NCBI GenBank assembly: GCA_041577295.1
Contig: JBFGJG010000005.1
Coordinates: 32,001-96,000 of the forward strand
DNA length: 64,000 bases
Source of the DNA: Gemmatimonadales bacterium
GTDB taxonomy: Bacteria; Gemmatimonadota; Gemmatimonadetes; Gemmatimonadales; GWC2-71-9
Direction: 5' to 3'
Made by a program: the position numbers and the translations under genes
The notes under the pieces: model-generated
What the model saw: the letters and a program-made list of their open reading frames with translations, nothing else
What the model was told of the DNA's origin: nothing
Database searches by the model: none
Shown: positions 50,155-57,231 of the stretch, piece by piece
Position numbering within the stretch: the first letter of the stretch is position 1
How the letters are laid out: each line of letters begins with the position of its first letter

Positions 50155-51770
50155 CGCAGTGCACGCATGGTCTCGAGGTTGGCCCGCGCGAGTTCGTGGT
50201 CCGGGTTGAGCGCCAGCACGGTTTGCCAGTGCTGCGCGGCCGCGTTTTGATCGTGTTGTTTGTAGGCGATGTTGCCCAGACGGAAGTACACGTCGTCACC
50301 CAGCCGCGGGTCTTGCCGCACGGCCCGCTGGTACGCGGTCGCTGCGTCGGCGAATCGACCGGCGCGGTAGAGCAGATCGCCGAGGTTCTTCGACAGTTGG
50401 GGCAGCGAGGGGTCCTCGCCGAGTGCGCCCTCGAGGATCTGCTCGGCCTCATCGCGTTCGCCCCGGACCTCGAGGAGGACCGCGAGGTTGTTTTGCAACA
50501 CCACCTGCGTGGGATATAGCGCGATCGCATCGCGCAGCAGTTCTTCCGCCTCGTCGTAGCGCTCGACGCCGGCTGCGGCGAGGGAGCGAGCCCAGTACCA
50601 CAGCTCGCTGAGTTGCCGATCGCGGGCGACTTCACGCGCGCGATCGAGGCGGCCCGCAGCCACCTCGCAATCACCGCGTCTCAATGCCACGATGCCCCAT
50701 CCTGTGAGGATGCGCGTGTCGTGCCGGGCCTTGGACCCAGCTTCCGCGTACACGCTCTCTGCTTCGTCGAGGCGGTCAGCGTTCTCATAGCTGAGTGCCA
50801 AATTGTAGAGAATGGCGGGTTTCCCACCCTCGTGTTGGGCCGCGCGCTTGAGCAACTCGGCCGCTTCCGCCCAGCGAGCTTGCTTCAAGGCGATGAGACC
50901 GAGGTGGAACCACGCCGACCCGTCCTCCGGGCGCAGCTCTGCAACCCGGCGGAATTCCCGCGCGGACTCATCGAACATGCCCGCCTTGTAGAACGCAATG
51001 CCCAGGTTGCGGTGCTCACCTAGGCGGGCGTTACTCATCGCTTCAGTTGGTCGCGGCTGGCTGCGTCCGAGCGGGTGCAGGAACCCGGCGGTGAGCAGTC
51101 CGTAGAGCGCCTTGCCCACCTCGAACTCGCCAAGGCCTGCATCCTCCACGATGTGTGTCACGTCCCGTACGCCGTCGATCAACGACAGGATGCGCTCTTG
51201 CTCCGGCGTGAGCGTGACGTCCGATCCCTGGAGCCGATCCCGCTCCAATCGGAAGATTACGTCAAACGACGGGATCTTCTTCTCGATGAGGCTCCACTCA
51301 TCGACGCGACGCGCCCCCTCCAGTAGGAGCGACTCAGGATTGATGGAGATGGAGAAATCGTAGCGGTCGGGACGGACTTCGCTTTCGAACTGGAAGTTTC
51401 CTGCAGTCCAAGTGAAGAGGTAGTAGACTGCCTCCTCAATCTGCACGCGAACGAAGTGCTCCAGGTCATCGCGTGAGAGGGCACTTTGCTGTACCAACAG
51501 CTGTCCGAGTCGCTTGTCACGCGTGCGGGACTGTTCCTCGATGGCGGCTTCCAGCTGCTGTTGGGTGATCTTGCCGTTTTTGACCAGGATATCCCCGATT
51601 CGGTCCCGTCGATTCACGATCGCGGCATCGACGATGCGCCCCCGGTCGAAAAAGATATGCCCAAGGTTCTGCCGATCGCTGATGGTGAGACACCCGGTCT
51701 TCTGACCCAGCGACAGGAGCTGGAGGACGTCGGGCAGCGACGCTTCCTTTAGGCTTCCACGAATCGCCAC
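50151..51770 (-). CDS. DUF4388 (PATAN-like) plus MshEN-like motifs plus TPR protein
   Basis: GSLKEASLPDVLQLL...KTGCLTI...IFFDRGRIVDA, LFTWTAGNFQF and ESLLLEGARRVDEW; C-terminal TPRs. Confidence 0.85.
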   Translation of the reverse strand: MAIRGSLKEASLPDVLQLLSLGQKTGCLTISDRQNLGHIFFDRGRIVDAAIVNRRDRIGDILVKNGKITQQQLEAAIEEQSRTRDKRLGQLLVQQSALSRDDLEHFVRVQIEEAVYYLFTWTAGNFQFESEVRPDRYDFSISINPESLLLEGARRVDEWSLIEKKIPSFDVIFRLERDRLQGSDVTLTPEQERILSLIDGVRDVTHIVEDAGLGEFEVGKALYGLLTAGFLHPLGRSQPRPTEAMSNARLGEHRNLGIAFYKAGMFDESAREFRRVAELRPEDGSAWFHLGLIALKQARWAEAAELLKRAAQHEGGKPAILYNLALSYENADRLDEAESVYAEAGSKARHDTRILTGWGIVALRRGDCEVAAGRLDRAREVARDRQLSELWYWARSLAAAGVERYDEAEELLRDAIALYPTQVVLQNNLAVLLEVRGERDEAEQILEGALGEDPSLPQLSKNLGDLLYRAGRFADAATAYQRAVRQDPRLGDDVYFRLGNIAYKQHDQNAAAQHWQTVLALNPDHELARANLETMRALR

Positions 51771-53725
51771 TAGTAGAGCTCCTCGATCAATCGCTCACCC
51801 GGATCGGGCCAGGCCCACACCATTTTTTCACGACTCTTCACCCCACCGAGGGGAGAGATGACGACGCCCGACGTGCGCATGCCGGCGCCTACCCGATGTC
51901 GAACCGGTTGCGCGCCTTCCACCAGCTCCCGTGCCAGGCTCACCGACGGCACAACACCGCGGCTCTCCGCGGTATCGAGCACCCGCTGCACCATCCCCAC
52001 TACCGCCCGGATCCCGTCTGCCGACCGGGCGGCGAGGTAGTCGGCGAGATCTGGACTGACCTCACCCTGCCGTTCCATCAGCTTGCGCGTCACAATGGCG
52101 CGCCGCAGTTCGCGGTCCGGCGCCGCGATGAGAACGACGGCCGCCCTCGAGAGCAACTCTCCCAAGTCACCGCGCAATCCGGTGATCTCACTCGGTGGCG
52201 CGTTGGCGGTCAGCACGACCTGCCGACCCGTGGCTTGAAACTGGGAGATCAGGTGGGCGACCTCCTGTTGCGCTCGGGCGTTGTCGATCAACGACTGCAC
52301 GTCGTCGAGAAGAAAGGCACTGACCGGTTGGTAGCGTGACAGCCACAGGCCCAGAGCGTCTCCTTCGAGGGCCTCTTCGAGCTCATCGTGGAACTGTTGC
52401 GCGGAAAAGCAGGCAACCAAGGACTTGGAGGAAGACGCAAGGGCGTTCCCGACGGCGTGCAGCAAGTGGGTCTTGCCCACACCGCTCGCCCCGACCAGGA
52501 GGAGGAGCGGGTGGCGACGACCCGGCTCTTGCACGACGGCCAGCGAGGTCTCGAGGGCACTCCGGTTGGCGTCTCCCTCGACATACGTGTCCAACCGCCA
52601 TGCGGCGGACGGCGCCGGTGGTGGTACCTGATGCTTGGAGGCCTCCTGGAGCATCGCTTCCGCATCGGCCACCCGATCCGGGTCGGTAAAGACGGGATCG
52701 TCCACCCGGCGTGGATCGATCGCTTCCATCGATGTCGCAAGCGCACGCAGCCGCTTCACATCACGCTCGAACTCCTTGAGCGCCTGGTCGACAGCAACCG
52801 GTACGTCCTGTTGCAACAGGTGCTCGAGGCGTGTCGTCCGATACCCTTCTCTTCGCCACCGCTCGATGCCCTCGGTCAGTTGGCCGCGCCACACGTCGAC
52901 CTGATGGCCGATCTCTTCCGTCACGTCAGAGAGGAATGCGGCGAACTCGTCCAGCTGACTCCGCGCGGCGGTGCCTGGGATCTCGAGCGGCGTAGTCCCG
53001 GTCCGCGACTCGCCCGCCATCAGCGCCTTCACGACCTCCGGCGTCAACGGTTGCTGGCTCATGGCCTGCAGCGCGACCACTCGATTGAGGAGTCCAAGAA
53101 GCTCGCGAACGCTCCGCAGCTCCACGAGCGCGAGCGTGTCCAACACCGCCGGCGATAGCTCGGCGCCTCGCTCATCGACTCGCTGCCGCAGGATCCCCAG
53201 CCGAGTTTCGTACCCCGGCATCCCAACATCCACCACCAACCCCCCATCGAGCAGAGCCTGCAAACGCTCGTCGACATCGGACATCTCCGCGGGAACGCGG
53301 TCGCCCGTCAGCACGACCTGCCGCCCTGTGGCACGCAGGTGGTCGCCAATTCGCAGCAACTCGGCCTGCAATTCGTCGCGCCGTGCGACGTACTGCACGT
53401 CGTCGAGAAGCAGCAGATCGACGTTCCCGAAGCGGTTACGAAATGCCTCGGCTTGACCGGCAGCCCCAGCGGCCTGATGCGCCTCCTGAAAGTCCTCCAG
53501 CGTCAGATACTCGACCGAGAGCGTTGGGGAGAGTCGACGGGCGAGCTGTCCGATGGCCATGATCAAGTGCGTCTTGCCGAGCCCCTGCGGTCCGTATATG
53601 AACAACGGGTTGTAGGCCGTCCCCGGCGATTCCGCGACGGCGCGAGCCGCCGTCACCGCCACCTGATTGGCCGGGCCAATGACGAACGTCTCGAACGTGA
53701 ACCGGGGGTTGAGCGTCGCCGTCAC
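51770..53725 (-). CDS. Tandem DnaA-type AAA+ domain protein without a DNA-binding domain
   Basis: Domain 1: LNPRFTFETFVIG, YNPLFIYGPQGLGKTHL, LLLDDVQ. Domain 2: TYVEGDAN, GASGVGKTHLL, FLLDDVQ. Confidence 0.88.
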   Translation of the reverse strand: MTATLNPRFTFETFVIGPANQVAVTAARAVAESPGTAYNPLFIYGPQGLGKTHLIMAIGQLARRLSPTLSVEYLTLEDFQEAHQAAGAAGQAEAFRNRFGNVDLLLLDDVQYVARRDELQAELLRIGDHLRATGRQVVLTGDRVPAEMSDVDERLQALLDGGLVVDVGMPGYETRLGILRQRVDERGAELSPAVLDTLALVELRSVRELLGLLNRVVALQAMSQQPLTPEVVKALMAGESRTGTTPLEIPGTAARSQLDEFAAFLSDVTEEIGHQVDVWRGQLTEGIERWRREGYRTTRLEHLLQQDVPVAVDQALKEFERDVKRLRALATSMEAIDPRRVDDPVFTDPDRVADAEAMLQEASKHQVPPPAPSAAWRLDTYVEGDANRSALETSLAVVQEPGRRHPLLLLVGASGVGKTHLLHAVGNALASSSKSLVACFSAQQFHDELEEALEGDALGLWLSRYQPVSAFLLDDVQSLIDNARAQQEVAHLISQFQATGRQVVLTANAPPSEITGLRGDLGELLSRAAVVLIAAPDRELRRAIVTRKLMERQGEVSPDLADYLAARSADGIRAVVGMVQRVLDTAESRGVVPSVSLARELVEGAQPVRHRVGAGMRTSGVVISPLGGVKSREKMVWAWPDPGERLIEELY

Positions 53726-54321
53726 GCGGGGGCCTCCTGACTCAGCTTCCGGAGGACGAGCTCGGAGATGCCCTTCAACGTCTCGAAGATGCCTTTCCCG
53801 TTTAACGCCTCGGCGGCGTAGCTGGGGATGCTGCGGAAGTTCAGCGCATCGTCGAGCTCGAATGGCTCGAGCACGAGGTCGCGGGGCAGGTCTTGCTTGT
53901 TGTACTGTATTACCTGCGGAAGCTCCCGCACATCGATCCCCTGCTCCAACAGATTCAGTTGCAAATTCTGCAGGCTCGCGATGTTCTCATCGAGCTGCCT
54001 GGCTTGGCTATCCGCCACGAACACCACCCCATCCGCGCCCTGAAGGACCAACTTGCGGGTGGCGTTGTAGTACACCTGTCCGGGTACCGTGTACAGCTGA
54101 AACCTGGTTGTGAAACCGGAGATGGACCCGAGCTCGAGCGGGAGAAAATCGAAGAACAGCGTACGGTCCGTCTGGGTGGCCAGGGACACCATCCTTCCAC
54201 GCCGTCCCTCCGGCACCCGGCCGTAGATGTATTGCAGGTTGGTCGTCTTTCCGGACCGGCCCGGACCGTAGTAGACGATCTTACAAGTGATCTCGCGCGT
54301 GGTGAAGTTCACGAGAGACAT
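53722..54321 (-). CDS. mglA: MglA-family small GTPase
   Basis: REITCKIVYYGPGRSGKTTNL, TDRTLFFDFLP, LYTVPGQ, DGVVFVADSQ and YNKQDL; closely matches the Myxococcus/Thermus MglA pattern. Confidence 0.95.
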   Translation of the reverse strand: MSLVNFTTREITCKIVYYGPGRSGKTTNLQYIYGRVPEGRRGRMVSLATQTDRTLFFDFLPLELGSISGFTTRFQLYTVPGQVYYNATRKLVLQGADGVVFVADSQARQLDENIASLQNLQLNLLEQGIDVRELPQVIQYNKQDLPRDLVLEPFELDDALNFRSIPSYAAEALNGKGIFETLKGISELVLRKLSQEAPA

Positions 54322-54325
54322 GGGA

Positions 54326-54796
54326 TCACCGTCCGAAGAGCGCTGCGAGGCTCTCATTGAGTTCGCGCTCGAAGTCCGCCGCGAGCACGAGCTTCTTCGA
54401 TTCGGGCGGCGGGCACGCCGCCGCTAAGTCACGGACGAGTTCTTCGAAGAACAGCTGTACCAGCCCGACGGACGACTCGGCGTCGTGGACGACGAGCACG
54501 AGCAACCGCTGGCTGGGCAGGTCGCAGCTCCCCAAAAACACTCCGTGGTTCCTGCCCTGATGGCTGAGGGCGGGAAACGGACTGCCGCTCAACATCTTCG
54601 CCATCTCACTCGACGACGACACGATCGCCGCGCCAAGTGACGCCGCCGCCATCACGTCGACGGCACGAGTGAAACCGTGCTGGGCCAATACCTGACCCGA
54701 GGGAGTCATGAGCAGTGTGAGTCGCGCCGCCGTCTCGTTGACAAACCGCTCCATGGGTTCGACGGTCCATGGCTCTACCGCGCGCGTGAGCTTCAT
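54326..54796 (-). CDS. mglB: MglB-like roadblock/LC7 protein
   Basis: LLMTPSGQVLAQHG...AASLGAA...F..LSHQG...VHDAESSVGLVQL, with a C-terminal acidic amphipathic helix; directly upstream of mglA. Confidence 0.85.
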   Translation of the reverse strand: MKLTRAVEPWTVEPMERFVNETAARLTLLMTPSGQVLAQHGFTRAVDVMAAASLGAAIVSSSSEMAKMLSGSPFPALSHQGRNHGVFLGSCDLPSQRLLVLVVHDAESSVGLVQLFFEELVRDLAAACPPPESKKLVLAADFERELNESLAALFGR

Positions 54797-55143
54797 ACGA
54801 CCGCCTCCGCAACACGGCGCATTTCGAGCCGCAGGAGCCCGACGTTGACATCGCGATCACCTACCGCCACCACCAAGACGCCGTCTGGAGCCGGAACGGC
54901 CACCAGCGTCCCCGCCTCGGCCTGCAGATGGAGAAAGCTGGGGATCCCGCTGCCCGCAGCCTCACAGGCCTTGCGCAGCCGTTTCGCGAGGCTGGCGGCA
55001 AGCGCCGCAACCGCGTTCCCCCGCACACCCTCCATCAGCGATTCGGCGACAACGAGACCGTCATCGCCCGCCACGAGCATCGCCCCACGCACTCCCCGAA
55101 TCCGAGTGATGCGTTCGAGCGCATCAGTAAAGGAAAGCGTCAC
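54793..55143 (-). CDS. Stand-alone roadblock/LC7 protein
   Basis: GVRGAMLVAGDDGLVVAE...AVAALAASL...VNVGLLRLEM. Confidence 0.87.
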   Translation of the reverse strand: MTLSFTDALERITRIRGVRGAMLVAGDDGLVVAESLMEGVRGNAVAALAASLAKRLRKACEAAGSGIPSFLHLQAEAGTLVAVPAPDGVLVVAVGDRDVNVGLLRLEMRRVAEAVV

Positions 55144-56081
55144 GGTCGCTGCTCTCCCAACCAGTGCCGGGCGGACCGACACGCGCGGTCGGCCAAGACC
55201 GTCAGCCGTCCTTGTGGCATCTCGCGGTCACGAACCAGCAGGAGGACCGTTTCGGACGTCGGACGGGCAAGCAACAAATTTCCGGTCCCTCCTTCCACGA
55301 GCACACTGCGCCACGCACCGAGCCCCAAGAGACGAGCCGTGCGTTCGGCCTCATGTGCTGCCCCGGCGAGGTACGCAGCCACCTCTTCCCCCACCTCGCG
55401 ACCTTCAGCACCAGTGAGTTCCCCGCGGAGCAGCAACCCCCGCCGGTCCACTAGCAGCACGCCGCGCCCCCCACCCCCTTCGAGCCCAGCCCACGGCGTG
55501 CGGTCCTGTCCCGCCGGTGCGGGGGGTTCGGCTGGCACCGCTTCGATGCCCTCGACGATCGCTTCGAGCGGGACCTCGGCGGTGGGCTCTACAACCATTT
55601 CGCGGGGAGCCGGTTGTGGTGGCGGCGTTGGGGGCGGCGGCGGCGGCGGAGCATTCGCTGCCGCAGCGTCATCAGATGGGGCAACGGCCTCCCGCACACG
55701 TTGGAGCGCTTGTACCACCGACGCGTCCGACGGGTTCGCCGAGAGGGCCAGTTCCAGATGCTCCACCGCACCATCGACATCACCCCAGCGATGGCACAGG
55801 AACCCGAGTCCCTTGTGGGCGGCGAAGTGTCGCGGCTCGAGTTCGAGCGCAACCGTCCATTCGTGGAACGCTCGTTCGAAATCGCCCAGATCGATGAGCA
55901 CGCGAGCATACAGATCGTGCGCGCTGGCGAGGTCGGGGTGGCGTACCACACCGGACGCGGCGATCCGCGCGGCTGCTTCGATCTGCCCACGCGTACGTAG
56001 CGCCTCCCCGAGCTTGAGAAACACCAGGCTCGCAGGATCTCGCGCCAGTTCGGCGGTCATCGCCTTGATATCGTCAGCCAT
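55140..56081 (-). CDS. TPR / proline-rich linker / roadblock fusion protein
   Basis: N-terminal DPASLVFLKLGEALR and TPRs, a PPPPPPPTPPPQP linker, and a C-terminal GVLLVDRRGLLL...LLGLGAW roadblock-like domain. Confidence 0.82.
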   Translation of the reverse strand: MADDIKAMTAELARDPASLVFLKLGEALRTRGQIEAAARIAASGVVRHPDLASAHDLYARVLIDLGDFERAFHEWTVALELEPRHFAAHKGLGFLCHRWGDVDGAVEHLELALSANPSDASVVQALQRVREAVAPSDDAAAANAPPPPPPPTPPPQPAPREMVVEPTAEVPLEAIVEGIEAVPAEPPAPAGQDRTPWAGLEGGGGRGVLLVDRRGLLLRGELTGAEGREVGEEVAAYLAGAAHEAERTARLLGLGAWRSVLVEGGTGNLLLARPTSETVLLLVRDREMPQGRLTVLADRACRSARHWLGEQRP

Positions 56082-57228
56082 GTGCCGATCGTACCAGTGC
56101 ATCCAGGGTCTCGGCCGCGCGGATCGCGTCCTGCACCCGCTCGACTTGCGATGCGTTGATCTCCGGGTCGTGCTCCCCGATCTTGAGCCAGCGTGTCCAC
56201 CACTCGACTGCCTCACCGAAGCGTCCCTGCAACGCGAGCGCGTCGCCAAGCAGCCGGTGCGCGGAGACGAGGAGCGGATCCAGTCTGAGCGCGCGGCGCA
56301 AACACCCCTCGGCGTCTTGCGGGCGGTGAGAGGCCAGCTCGATGTGGCCGAGCAAGGAGTACACAGCGGGCTCGTGGGGCTCGAGCGAGCGGGCGTGCTC
56401 GGCCCAGCTCCGGGCCTCCTCGAGCTCCCCTCGGGCGGCGGCCGCGGTGGCTCGATCGAGCACGGCGCCCACCCCCTCCGTAGCCTGCAGAGATTCGCCA
56501 CTGGAACGTTTTCGTTCTGTGATGGTTAGCACGCCAGCCGCCTCCATACCGAAGATCGCCTTGGCCACCTCGAACTCTGAGCGACCGAGCATCGTCGCGA
56601 TCCCTCGCACGTCCCGGTCGCCGTCCACGGCCGCCAGGACCTCCCACTCAGTCGGGAGCAGGTCCAATGATCCCTCGGCTCCAGCGACCGGTGCCAGCAC
56701 GGGAACGACGCTAAGGTGTGGAATTTTCCCCTCGATCTGCGACCACTCATCGATGCGCCGCGCGCCCTCCATCAGCACGGACTCGGTGGGAATCCGCACC
56801 GGCGCATCGGCGCGGACTTCGGTTTCGGACCCCTCTGCGAACGAAAAGTAGCCCTCCCGCCAACTCAACAGCTCGAACACGACCTCCTCGACCTGGAAGC
56901 GCACCTGCCGTTCCAGGTCCCGTTGGGAGATCGCGCCGATCGCCACCAAGAGCTCCCCTAGCCGCCTCTCGTCACCGCGCAACTGCATGTCGCGCGCGCG
57001 TTGCAGATCTGCTTCCCCAATTTTCCCGGAGCGCACCAGCAGATTTCCGAGCGGGTGTGGGTTGCTCTCGATCTCGGCATACACGATGACGCCCTGGTCG
57101 AACACCACCGTGCCTTTGTTGCGGCGGAGCTCGGAGACGACGGTGAGCGTTCCCGTCTTGCGACTCAGATCCAGGAGCTGGAACACATCGTGGATGCCCA
57201 GCTCTTTGAGCGGACCCTCAATGGCCAT
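56074..57228 (-). CDS. Second DUF4388 plus MshEN-like plus TPR protein
   Basis: GPLKELGIHDVFQLL...KTGTLTV, LLSWREGYFSF and ESVLMEGARRIDEW; about three C-terminal TPRs. Confidence 0.85.
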   Translation of the reverse strand: MAIEGPLKELGIHDVFQLLDLSRKTGTLTVVSELRRNKGTVVFDQGVIVYAEIESNPHPLGNLLVRSGKIGEADLQRARDMQLRGDERRLGELLVAIGAISQRDLERQVRFQVEEVVFELLSWREGYFSFAEGSETEVRADAPVRIPTESVLMEGARRIDEWSQIEGKIPHLSVVPVLAPVAGAEGSLDLLPTEWEVLAAVDGDRDVRGIATMLGRSEFEVAKAIFGMEAAGVLTITERKRSSGESLQATEGVGAVLDRATAAAARGELEEARSWAEHARSLEPHEPAVYSLLGHIELASHRPQDAEGCLRRALRLDPLLVSAHRLLGDALALQGRFGEAVEWWTRWLKIGEHDPEINASQVERVQDAIRAAETLDALVRSAHG

Positions 57229-57231
57229 CGG

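Noticed and set aside
51770..53725. dnaA gene or replication origin
   Set aside because: No domain I or IV, a duplicated ATPase domain, no dnaN nearby, and no AT-rich intergenic region or DnaA-box cluster seen.
55605..55655. (GGC)n microsatellite
   Set aside because: It encodes the in-frame polyproline linker of the TPR-roadblock protein.
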